Assembly: GCA_002633005.1 (NCBI GenBank)
Contig: NMRA01000070.1
Span: 605,872-669,871 of the forward strand
Source of the DNA: Phoronis australis
Lineage: Eukaryota > Animalia > Phoronida
Reading direction: 5' to 3'
DNA length: 64,000 nt
Shown: positions 37,560-49,752 of the stretch, piece by piece
Layout: the number at the start of each line of letters is the position of its first letter
Numbering within the stretch: position 1 is the stretch's first letter
Translations under genes and position numbers: made by a program
Notes under the pieces: generated by a model
What the model was told of the DNA's origin: nothing
The model's database searches: none
Seen by the model: the letters and a program-made list of their open reading frames with translations, nothing else

Positions 37560-40200
37560 TTGGTTTAAATCCAACACAGCAGACCCCATAAAAACAAGTG
37601 GTTCTACGAAGACTGCAAAAAATGAAGCAGGAAACTAAATCATGTCTGAGATTGTTTCGATATTTCTTTACAAATTTATGACGATAAACGTAAAAAATTC
37701 AAATCAATGTGTGCTCCGAAGAAGACAACGTTTTCCGTAAGTTTAACTAGAAATCTTTTTTTTTTGGATTCAAAAGACAGCAATAAAAAGAAGTTTTGGT
37801 CTTTGCTTAAAGCAACTCGTAATAGACCTTCGGAAGCAATTAAGGCTAGTGATTGGTTCTAAAGTTTTAAGGGTATCTATACCAACTATGTTGGAGAAAA
37901 TGATGACTATTTTAATGAGTTTCATCAATATGTTTCTCAGCTTTCCGGTAGATGATCTTTCACTGGACGGTGAAATCACGACGGAAGAAATTGACCGTTG
38001 TCTAAATCAAATGAAGTGCGGAAAGCTGCTGGTCCCGACAGGACACCTATTGGGTTCTACAAGTATGCTACTCCCCTTATGAAAGATTTATTGTTAAGTC
38101 TGTTCTCTCATATGTTTAACTCTGGTGTCTACCCCAGCCAGTGGTGTGAGTGTGTAATAACACCATTGTTTAAGAATGGGTCAAAAATGCTCCAAATAAT
38201 TGTCGTGGTATTACTGTACTTGAAGTGGCAAGCAAAATATTTTGTAAGATACTCTGTAATCGCTTGAACGACTGGGCAGAAGAAAATGGAACCCAATCGG
38301 AATGCCAAGCAGGATTCCGAAAAGGTTATTCTACCGTAGACAGCATTTTTATTGTGTAAATATGTAGACGCTGAGGTTGGCCAATAGTGAAAAATATCAA
38401 ACATACACAGAAAAATTAGGAGCTTCAATTGGGAATCGAATCACAGGTCTCTAGATTGCCTGTCTAGTGCTCTTACCACTGAGCTACTGAGGACCCGATA
38501 TCTGTGCAATTACTGTTTGCAGCCAACTGTAACATGCATGCCATACATCCCATGAGCGGCGTTTCGCCTTTTTCACTCGAGATTTGGACAACAAAATCAT
38601 CAGAAATTTACTATTATGTGTTAATTAGATATAGTAAATATAATTTATAGACGCTGAGGTTGGCCAGTAGTGAAATATATCAAATAAAATCAGAAAAAGC
38701 AGGGACCCCAACTGCAAACGGCAATCTAGAGAACTCTGGTTTGATTCACATTCGGTGTTCCAGATTTGTGTGTGTTTATTTGACATGCTTAATTTGCATA
38801 CCATAATTACCAAGTACTTGTCGTTCACCAGAGGCCGTTTTTATTATCTATTCATTGATTTTAAAAAGGCATTTGACTGGACATCTAGATGTGCTTATAA
38901 TATAAATTGATGGTCCACAATTTATCTGGTAAAATGTATAAAATAGTGTGTAAAATCTTTCGTAACGTGTCGTGTGTTAAGATAAATATAATGGTGAAAC
39001 CACGGACTTTTTCGATTGTTTGTGGAGAGTAAGACAAGACTGTCAGCTTTCACCCGTTTTATTCTCGATATATTCATATTATCTTGAAGGCGAGTTGAAG
39101 ACCAATAATGATGCTGGTGTGTGATAAGGTATTTCGAAGTTATACTTGCAGTTGATCTGGTTCTATTCGCTAACACAGCCACTGAATTGCAACGTCTGAT
39201 TAAGAAAAATTGAAGTGTAATGTAAAAATGGAAATTAGATATTAACATGTCAAAAACAAGAACTGTGGTATTTTAGAAATGGATTATACTTAAGTAATTA
39301 TAAAAATGAAGATCAAATCGATGTTGAGGCTAAATACAAATATATCGGTTCTTATTTTACTCGTAAAGATGTCTGGACGAAATTAGTGGACCAGCGTGCA
39401 AAAAGCTTTGTTTTTGGTGAAAATGTATATGCCACAATTCGAAAGTGTTCCTGTAAATGTTTGATTACAACTATTCCATGTCGAGATTCTTCAATAAATT
39501 TTTTTATAAATTTGTGTAAGTCTTGGGCGGAGTTCCCCTCATTCAGCAGCCAGGGGTGAGCTAGGCAGGTCTACGATATCACTGACGTTCACCAGAATTA
39601 TTAGATATTGATTGAAGTTGTTGGGATTGCCTCAGAATAGAAATACCTACTCAAGCCATAAGGTCCAGAATGACTTTGCGAAAAGAAATCGTGAAAGCTG
39701 TAGTCTCCGCGTGGATTTGTCCGGACTGGGTTTGGAATTGTGCAGGTCATTCAAAAAGCAGTTGGTAACGAAGAGTTATTCATAAACGAATTCAAACAAA
39801 GGTGTGCAGACATATTAGACGAACAGTAATGTCTGGACGAACTATCCTCTCTTCGTAAATTGGACTCTTATAAACTGTTGAATAGTAGACTCATACTAGA
39901 AGAATACGCAAAATGTGTGGACAAAAATAACAGCTCTTTCACGCTTTAGAAGTTCAAGTCATCAACTAAAAATCGTAATTGGCAGACACCTGGCTATAGC
40001 TAGAGATCACCGTTTCTGCTCTGTTTGTTTAGTCAGACACTGTTGGGGATGAAAACACGTTTTATTAGAGTGCACAGTATAAGATAATCTCAGGAGAAAG
40101 CTTAACATTCGTCGCAATATTTGATTTATTTGATGAAGTTTTACAACATTTGGAACTTAGCCCGTCTCATTCATTAAAGTTTTACTGTGTAGAATTAATT
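37560..40200 (+). mobile_element. Degenerate LINE ORF2 (RT), interrupted by an insertion at ~38355-38795
   Basis: LDGEITTEEIDRCLNQMKCGK, AAGPD, YPSQWCECVITPLFK, QAGFRKGYSTVD, FIDFKKAFD, LVLFA, KYKYIG and RGELGR, across many stops. Confidence 0.85.
38365..38715 (-). mobile_element. tRNA-containing insertion with direct repeats
   Basis: tRNA-like cagtagctcagtggtaagagcactagacaggcaatctagagacctgtgattcgattccc (minus strand, ~38420-38493). TAGACGCTGAGGTTGGCCA.. direct repeats at 38365 and 38648. Confidence 0.6.
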
Positions 40201-40229
40201 TAATAGTCTTTATTATGTCCACGTCTTTG

Positions 40230-41943
40230 TTAATTGACCTTCCGCCAGGCTTATGACTGACAGATTAACTAACCAATCAGAACGCAGCATGCTCGACACA
40301 CCTTTGTCCAAGTTTCCAAGCCGCCATTTTACCTAACAAACAATGTCGTTGTGGGTAAAGCTTATGTTAGTCTATAGCTAAAAAAATGTGCGGTAAAAAT
40401 GGTGAAACGGTGTTGATATGGCGTGTGTAGTTCTGACAGGCGTTATACAGCTCGAGAAGAATATCCCGTCATTTTTTGGGCATTCTCTAAGCCGAAAACT
40501 GTTGTTGACTTTGTGAACGATGGATCAAACTTTGTGAACGGCCACACGACACACGAGCAGCTAAACTAAACAATGTTGCTGGATTACTCGAAGGTTAAAC
40601 ACAAATATATTTTTTCTAAAATACGTACTTTTCAGTTTGGTGGCTATGCCGTAGGCCTATCTTATTTTGACTCGAGTCCAGAGTTTCACTCGTGTGGGGG
40701 CCCTGTCTCGGCATCTGCTAGATCCCAGCACTAATCTAGCGGTAGTCCTCGGAAAGTTGTTTTTAAAGACATTTTTCTATTAATTTTCATTTATTTCGAT
40801 CTATATTGGACATCGCTCTGTTTCGTACATTTTTTATTCATATACTCATAGGCTGGCGTTCAACTGAACTTCGCACCAAAATTGATAGGTTCGATCGGCA
40901 CATGCTGGGATGGCACTAAATTACTGAACTCAAAGCACCGTTCGAGCTGTTGTCACCAAAAAATAAACAGTTGAATTACTTTTTGATGAGAACTTCTACA
41001 GTATACACTACGCCTGTAGAGTTAAGGAGAGCTCATTTTGTACATGTAGTTGTTCAAACACGATACGTAGATTTATGAAGCTTTAAAAAATTTTTAGTTA
41101 TTAATGTAAATGACCACTTTTTGTCACTACACAAGACTCGCCATCTTTTGTTACCATACCACAGCTTAGTGATCATGCTACGGTTAAAATTAAATGCAAA
41201 CTACCTTTATGCTATGAAACTACAAAAATATGAAGTTCATCAGAAGGTTAGCCTAACTTAAATGTTTTTATGGTGCACTGAATTACGGTCAATTCCATGC
41301 ATTAATTTGACTTTTGGACACAGGCCTAGACCTACCGGAGCTGACTGGTTGCCTAGGATAAGATGAGTAAGTGCCTGAGCTACGAACCTGATTTTTTAAA
41401 TCAAAATAATCGAAGAATAGAAAAGTATAAACAGTGCTATCGACTAGACTTACTTTACTTGGAGAATACAATCAGTTGTGACCTACTATTCATTTGGCGG
41501 AATTAAGCAGACGGCAGAATAAAAATGTCGGCGAATCTTCACTGATTTTGTTCGTAATATTCTGAAATCTACGGCATCGTACAGATAATTCGATTTTAAG
41601 GTAAATACCCAGCTTTACGCGAACATATCAGATCAGTGGCCTTGTCAGTTTTCAAGTGAAGGTGAACCCCACAAGGGGATTTTCGCTGGCTCGTAAATAC
41701 TTTCCCTCGAACACTTTTTCGTTGTCGCAGCTTTACAAATTCCCAAGCCATGAATGTACGATTCCCAGCTGAAAAGTACCGCCTGTTGTCTTTGTCAAAG
41801 CATTTTCGGAAAGTGCAAAAAACACCCATCAATTCCACCGGCACCGTCGTTTAGCGACTGTGTATTTGCCTCTGACATCTTGCTTGTTTGTCGGGTGTCA
41901 CGTGACTTTTCGCAAGGAGGCGGAGCTTGCGATAGGTCAATTA
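40230..41943 (+). mobile_element. Non-autonomous DNA transposon with THAP-like pseudo-ORF
   Basis: Inverted ends TAATTGACCT... / ...AGGTCAATTA. At 40399, MVKRC*YGVCSSDRRY...FSKPK resembles a THAP zinc-finger start. Confidence 0.55.
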
Positions 41944-42356
41944 TGGGCTGGTGGCCTAAGTACTGAAACAGAATTGATTGTTAAACTGAATGGCTGATTC
42001 ATCCCTATCATAATAAGTGAATTCATCAAATAGAGCAGAGGAAAAAAGGCAAATTGAAACACCACATAGCAGAACTTGTCATTATTAGGAATTCATTTAA
42101 AGCAATATCGATGTCCGCTTACAACTTTAAAACCAACGCTGTGCCGGGTATTTAAATGTAATGACTGCTCATCTTTTCGAGAAATGAAAAGCATGACTTG
42201 AATTCACTGTCAGCGACACCATCTGTCAAAACATTTTTTCCGGCAATGCCCCATTGCCACCTCCAAGAAGTGCATTCTTTAAACGAGATGCCTCGCCAGC
42301 TGTGGTCTCTACAGTGACTCGAGGCCCTCCAGCAACGGTCACCCGTGCCTTCAAAC

Positions 42357-45300
42357 CAGGCCCGTAGGAAGGCAAAATTATGAGGGGGGGGGGGTGGCAC
42401 AAACCATTTCGATTCTCGCCTGACTATCCCCCCATAGCCACCACCCGCCACCCACCCGTTGCTACCATATTTGTGCCCAATCTTCCCACGTCCGCCCTGG
42501 GTGGAGGCAATCCCGGGGATGCAGCCATCAAGCAAGAGTTGACTTACTGTGAACCAACAAAGTTTCTGGATAGTAAGAATGGGCCTAGGACCATTGCTCT
42601 GACGGGTAGCGAGGAGCTGCCTCAAGTAACTGTAGCTGAGACGTAACAGTGTGAAAATACGAAATTCCCGATGAACTAAAGCTAGTTGCTGGTCATGATT
42701 CACTTGAGACATGCGGTTTAGCTCTTACCTATCCCTCTGCGCTGGCAGATTCGTTTTATTGTGACCCAGTTTCGGTTAAAGTTCATTTTATTATGGTCAT
42801 TCTTTGAAAGAATTTGTTGAAAAGGTGAGGCCCCGAGGTCCCTGGTATAGTGCCTTTGGGACTGTTTCAAAACACGGCCGGCAGTCCAGTTTCTGGTGGC
42901 TGGGGAAATGATACAGAGCGTGTCCCAAAAATGCACACACTTCAACGTCTGGAGTTCAGTTTCCGTGGATCACTGAGATTCTGAGCGGGCCTACTGCATG
43001 GTTACATTTTCTTTTCAACGTGGGTACGTCAGTCATGACGTGCTTCATCTGTGTAGTATGCACGGGAATCAGGGCAAACAAAACAGGGCAAACAAAAAAG
43101 ATCAATACTCCTGGAAACTAAAATACCAAGGAAGTGCAAAGACAACTTTTCCAAGCAATGAGTTTAATTTCATATATTCAAGGACTTTTAAAAAACTTTT
43201 TTCGATCTACGGATTGTAAATTTAAATCACTAATCTAATTCCTAAGTCAATAAGCAATTTAGTGTCATTTAAATTGTGAGAACATTTTGGGACACTTTAT
43301 AGAGCTGTCCGACATTCATTCATCAATATGCTTGAAATTTAGATTCTGATAGACGAAAATAATTTAGGCAGTACACTTTGCTATATGGGGATCTGATGAT
43401 AGATCGAATTTCCCCAATGTCAGCCTGCAACTAAGCTCACTGAAGCATTGTCATTTCTTAAAAGATCGCTTCTAATAAAAAACCAGTTGGTTTTCGTAGA
43501 TACATAAACATGAAAATCGGAAATCAACAATGGATTCCATGAGCAATGCGTTTACCATGCTTTAATGACTTAATTCCCTCTTGCTTTCCTGTTCATAAGT
43601 TCAAACGATAAATCTTTTACCTAAGTCGAAAAGCAATGCCTTTATTGCCATTTGCATTGTGAGTACAATTTTGGGAATTGTCCGGAGTTCATCAATGTCT
43701 TTGAGAGTTATTTTAGAAAGGAAAAAATCCTCTAAGTGTGATTTACTATTTGGTGATCGGATTATACAGTTTTTCCAGCTTCAGGCTGCAACTTAATTCA
43801 TTGAAACATCATCAATTTTTACAAGATTAGCTTCTAATTGTCAAAAATCATCTGATTCTTAATTAAATCAGTTTTTGGCCACAATAAGATCAAAAACCGG
43901 ACAATCGCCGCACAAATAAAAAAGTTCATGATCAAGTCAACGTTTCGTCTTTTCATTAGACATCATCAGGATATTTACAACAATCAGGACAACAAGTGCC
44001 AACATACAGCTCAGGTAACATCCATAGAATGAAGTGAGAGATACTCTCTCGGTTTTTTCATCTGATTCTATTAATCTATCGATTTTTGTAGATAAATAAA
44101 CAAGTAAATCAGAAACCAACGAATTTGTTTATCAAAACGAAATGTTATATGCAATTTCTGCAGGTATGCTCGTAGGTTTTTGACGAGTAACCGGGGAACA
44201 TCAGAAATTGGACATTCGTATTGAGGTGTATTTTTGCTCATCTCAGAGGTACCTATAACGGTTCATGAGGTAAACTTGAACTCCATGAACTTTAAAAGTA
44301 GCGTGTGAGTAAATAAGACCTATTGTTCAATCGGTTAAATCAAGCTGAGCGCTATCTCAATAAAACATTGGTTCAAATGACATCCAACTGTTTTGATTTC
44401 TTGTCTCTCCCCTCACAATGCATTTTGACGTGTACCTGTACAGTCTGTTCTCCACCTGTGTCGCCTGATTGAATAAAGTGAACTTTTTTCTTGAGAACGA
44501 CTTATAATGAATGAACCGAACTGTCGGATCAATTTGTCTTTTTACTTATGCGCTAAATTTGAAGTTCGTGCTCATCTTTTGTCCAAACACAAACGTGATC
44601 AAACTTGAACTCCACTGACAAAAAACGCTGAAATCTTTATTTATGATTGCGAGAGTTCTTTGAGTACCCCCTTTTGATATGTATACGGTCATCACAAATA
44701 GTAGCCTAGACAGCAGTGTTTTCCACATGTGGGAATTCCTTACAAACAACTCGTAGTAACCATCGACAAAAGAAATACTATTCTTGTGATACTACGGGAA
44801 ACAGTAACATTATTTTATAACTAATCATCGGAAATAGTCCTTTTGTGTGGTGTTCACGTTCTTCAAAATTCCACCCTTTCGATGGAAGTCAATCCTATTA
44901 TATTTTTCACATTTTGTAGTCGTTTGGGTAGAATCTCTTGATACTGCTGTGCTGTGCTGTGCATGAATAATTTGGGTTATTTGATGAATTTGGAGTCTCA
45001 ACTTTCCTCGTTAATACTTGGCATTGTCAGATTTATATGTATGGAAGGACAAAGGGACATTTCCCCCGAACTGCTCCACCGAGAGATGGCCTGTCTGGAA
45101 TGGGAATTCTTAAGATGAAAGGCTTAACATCATTAAGCTTGGAAAATAGTGACAGTTCATTCCACCGTCGTGTGGTCACAACACGCTGAAGGAAGTGACC
45201 TCCTTCAACATCAAACCCGGTTGGACGATTTCACAAGAAACAGGAAATTAGAGGTAATCGATTCCAACATTGGACCCTCTCTCCGTGAGCGGCCCCTTAA

Positions 45301-45915
45301 GAATTTGTCAATAAAAACAAAAAGGGTGGCCACTTGAATGTCATCAATGGCATCCTTCAAGGGCGGGACCCCTAAATATGAAAATATCTATGTATTCAAA
45401 AATCAGGAAATGCGCAGCAATTGATGTTATCTGTCAGGCCATCAATTTTTCTCAAATGATATACAATTTCTAGAAAAAAAATAAAGCGACAGTTGTCTCC
45501 GTTATCCCTTGCCTGAAAGGGGCCTCTGGGGAAATGTGGTTTTGAATTCGCATTGACTTATTGAATTTGAAAATCCAGTAGATAAATACGCTCCGCTAAA
45601 GTTTCGCTTTACAAATTTTCCCGATTTTTCGAAATATATGTATGAATGATTACGTGCTCGTTTTCAAGTGCGTTTAGACGACCTGTGCTGCAAAAGCGGA
45701 GACCCTAACAACAATGTCCTGGCCAGGGTCCTCAAAAGGTAAACAATGGACTGATACACAGTTGTTAAATGTTCTCCTGAATTTTCTATCTTATCCGTGT
45801 TTCACAGTCTTTTTCTCGACTGTCCCCGACCCCATGCCTATGTCGGTTGGTACGGTTTAACCCTGACGCCATAAAGTTTTTAGGGGGCACGCCCCCCCCC
45901 TCCGGCATCCCCGCA
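42357..45915 (+). mobile_element. Long decayed hAT-like element
   Basis: Starts CAGGCCCGTAGGAAGG. 43250-45915 is the inverted paralog of 52749-54660; 42357-42715 recurs at 56944-57420. ER...NLSIKTKR...HLN is a weak match to the hAT dimerisation motif. Confidence 0.55.
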
Positions 45916-47100
45916 CTGCAAACGTACGTCAGAGAGTGCAATTACGAGAACTAGCAGCGATTTATACTTTGCTGGTGTTGTTTCCAGCCCAGAGTCTGTA
46001 ACCAGCCCTGCAGCGATGTAGTGGGAGTGAATACAGAAACGGTTCGCCACCCAGTGAAGAGGACACTTTGTCTCCCAGTGAACAGGCCGGTGAGCCAAAC
46101 CTTGATAAGTTTATTGTGAATTTGGAGCTATTTAGAAAGTGTTTGGTGTGAGGCGAGGGAGTCACAGGCGGGATGAAATCTGTTTAAGTGATCAGATCAC
46201 CATCCAGTGGAAGTGCGTCACAGGACACTCGGCAAGTAGAACAGTTGTTCCCCGACCGCGGGATGCCCGAGGTCCACTTCAGCATATTCAGTGGCGTGCT
46301 TTTCGTCCCCAAGCCACAAGATGACGCTGATCGGTTTCGCCATTTGAGGCTTTGTTATGGGAATTAGCTTCTGCGCTATGATTGGCCGCTGCCTTGACGT
46401 CATTAAAACAAAGGCAGATTTTACTTACTTTCACAGGCGTTCTTGCTGCCATTCATGAAGCAGAAGGCATTGTTTTGGTCATTGTTTGAAATAAACGTTG
46501 TTCGCATACTTATTTCAATCCTTTTTATGTAATAGTTTCATAGAAATTGAATTGTTTTTGAATAAAAAAACATCATTTTTACAATGATTTAGACCCGAAT
46601 TGCTGCAATATACCGTTAGTTTACATAGAACCACATCTAGCTTTTCCACCATACAAACTAATATATTAAAAAAACTAATACATTTCTGCGCTGTCGGGTT
46701 ACTGATGCATCAATAGAGGCCCATTCATTTTTTGTACATACACAAACGGGTTACTGTAGGCATACCGGATTTTCATATTAGACGCATTGTAGAGTTTTAT
46801 TCAGTCGTATGGCAACATTTCAGTCAAACAAGTTAAACCATTAAAGCACACATTGATAACTAGTGTACTCATAATAAAAAATGTCAGGTTACCGATGTAT
46901 TCATATAGAGGCGCATTCATTTTTGTGCTTAAACAAACGAATACCTGTATGCTTACGCATTGTAGAGTTCTTTCAAGCGTATGACACATTTGTCAGTGAA
47001 ATGAGTTTAATCATTAACAGATACAGCGGAGCGCAATCTCATAAAATGATACTGTACCCGCTAAAACAGCTAAAGCGGACGTTTTGGTTACGAAGATTGG

Positions 47101-47115
47101 ATGTCAATCATTATG
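47101..47115 (+). CDS. Predicted first coding exon of MACPF gene 3 (MSIIM)
   Basis: ATG TCA ATC ATT ATG|gtactg, phase 0, equivalent in position to 14982-14996. Confidence 0.5.
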
Positions 47116-47479
47116 GTACTGTATGAGCTTTTTTATTTATGTATACATCCGGTAGCTACAAAATAAAGTTCTCAAGTGTATTACATAGTACGTTCACCAG
47201 CAAACAGAAGATCCATATGAGTGCATTTTTTGTTTTTTAATACTAAAAACTGCTGTTTCTAAATGTACGACACAAGGCTCAAAGCCTTCCTACATTGCAT
47301 TTTTGCACCTTTTGAGGTTTCAGACCGTGTATAGTAATTTCATAACGCAAAATCTAGCTAAACAAACACTTATTTTGGGAAATAATTTAAGATTTTTGTA
47401 TTTTGAAGAAAAATTAATGATTTTTTTGGTTTCCGCCACGTGGTAAAAAATAACCTAATCTAGACATTTTGCGAGGATT

Positions 47480-48040
47480 CTTTTTAGATCATGTGAAACA
47501 CTGTTTTTCGGAATTTGTTATCCTCCATGAGCCAACCGTATCAAAAGAGCTTTTTATATTCTCAATTTTCCTAAGTTTTTGAATTAGGATTGTTTTGTAG
47601 TAAGTAAATGGAGCAATCTAGATTATAATCTTGAAAAACATTCCAGTCACCACTAAGGACAACAAAATCCGGCTCCACTTTGCCCACATTATCTTTAATA
47701 GTTTGAAAAAACAGGATCATGGGCATTTGGCCATATAAATTCACAAGAAATATTTCATACTTTTCAACGCGGAGCTCCAATGCCATAAATTGCCAACTGA
47801 GTCCTTATGAATACCTTTAACTTCATATCCAAAATTGTTGTTAAATAAAACGCACACACCCCTAGAGTTTCCTGTCCCGCAACTGAAATAACATTCTAAC
47901 GCCCACTGAATTCTCACTGTTTTCAATATCACTTGTAAAATGAGTGTCTTGAAGACAAAAAATTGAATGTTTTAGTTGCTTAATATAGTAAAACACATCT
48001 TTTCGTTTCAAAGCGGAACCCAAACCTCTGCAATTCGAAG
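47480..48040 (-). mobile_element. L1/Tx1-like LINE apurinic endonuclease fragment
   Basis: IFCLQDTH, FSCGTGNSRGVCVLF, LVNLYG and VVLSGDWN. It lies in an insertion absent from the paralogous block near 15210. Confidence 0.8.
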
Positions 48041-48959
48041 CACGATTCTTTATTATGGGCTGAGCACAGCGTGGCTCCTGTACTGTCCGACATGCAAACC
48101 TGTGCCATTTCTAAGCGATATTAGGGTCTTTTGGAAACGCAAAAACTATCGTCTGCTACTGCATCCCCCGCTCGTGCACATTTTCATAATACTCAGTCCA
48201 ACTCAGTTGTCGTGACCACTTCGCCTCGCAGCTGGTATAAAACAACACAATGGTGGAGACGGGATCCCCTGATGACGTCACAAAATTCTAAATATTATTA
48301 CTTAATGTTTGAGTTTATTTCTTGATCAAAAGTACACATATTGAGGAACAAATACTTAAAATATCATACCAAAATGCTGGTAACCGAATTCAAGCATTTA
48401 TGACCACGGTATGAAGGGTTTAAGATTCATTGATCTCCGACGGTATAAATGACATTTATCAAGAATTAATGTTAAACTCAATACATGTGATTTTCTGAAA
48501 ACTTGCCGAAGATAACATCCTGGCATGATAAATTAACGGACGAATTAACTTTTTATTTAACCATTGAAACAACGTACACATACAGAAGACCAGTACAGAG
48601 GGCCGATATCCTCTGGATCTTTTGGGACCATTTACTCATTACGTCATCACTCGACGGGTTTTGGAAAATATGACGATTGATGACAGGGAGAAGCGGGTTA
48701 GACTCATGGTGATGTCATCATGTGGTTAATGAGAATATCTCCATCACATCACAGTTGAGACCTGGGTTCGGAATCTAAACTTTGTACTCAAAACGAACAC
48801 GAAATTATTTTTGGCAATTTCTCTGCTACTTTTGGGCGCACTTAAGATAAGTGGTTATTAGATAGTGCTCGAACACATTATAGTTTACGCATATGGCTTT
48901 ATAGTCTAAGTTTGCACTTGACGACCCTTATATTCGTGCTACAAACTCGAGTAAGAACT

Positions 48960-49472
48960 CCAAATTTCGAGGTCAAACTCAAACTTTTTTCACAGGTGAA
49001 ATTTTCTTCATGGTCTTCATTTTTTGAGTGATGCCCTTTAACTGTTTGTCGCTGCATTTCTAAGATTGCGGGAAGTGTGCAGCCAGTCTGGACCAATGTA
49101 TCTCCAAGTCTGCTGCTTACATTGACTTGATTTTGCACCTTGTTTCCATAACATCAGCTTCTTCTCTGATCAGTTCTGGGAGGGGATATTTTTCTTCAAG
49201 AGAGAGGCTTTTAGACTTTTTTCGCAAATATCTGCATTGATTCTACAACCTCAATAGTTTCTTTGTTGGGTTATTCTAAATCACAGTAGGGTGACTCAGG
49301 TACTTTAAACCTGGTTTTACTAAACCCACTCCCTGGTTTAAAAAACCAGGCTTTCAGACTTTCAAACCACGTTGGTGAAATGAAAGTTAGATCTAAAATT
49401 TGACCAGATTAAGGAAGACCAGGCTTAAGTCTTAACCTTTGGTTTTGTTAAACTACCGTTATGAAATCGCTC
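48960..49472 (-). mobile_element. Harbinger-like element fragment, inverted relative of 19873-20430
   Basis: Reverse complement aligns to 19880-20430 (e.g. ccctcccagaactg, cagacttggagata, cagcgacaaacagttaaa). Confidence 0.7.
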
Positions 49473-49752
49473 GCATGGTTAAGGCGCGTAATAATAAATG
49501 AACAATAGCAACTAAGCAAGCATAGCAATATAAGAAGTACAGTTACTAACGTCCCATCACACATGTAAACCAAAACTCAGTAATGGCTTTACAGAGCCAG
49601 GAATGATATACAATAGACACAAGTACGCGACCAGCGCTATTTTGAAATTCATTTTTCACTTAGTCTAAGAAGGCAGGTTGTCGATACTAAATAAGCAGTT
49701 GTCTAGAAAAACAGATTCAAAATTTTAATTAAAGACGACTTGTGGTTTTTAG

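Noticed and set aside
38420-38493. Functional tRNA gene
   Set aside because: Acceptor stem pairs poorly, the anticodon loop lacks U33, and it sits within an insertion in a LINE.
42152-42712. 186-aa minus-strand ORF
   Set aside because: Lies over the GC-rich end of a dispersed repeat; no domain signal.
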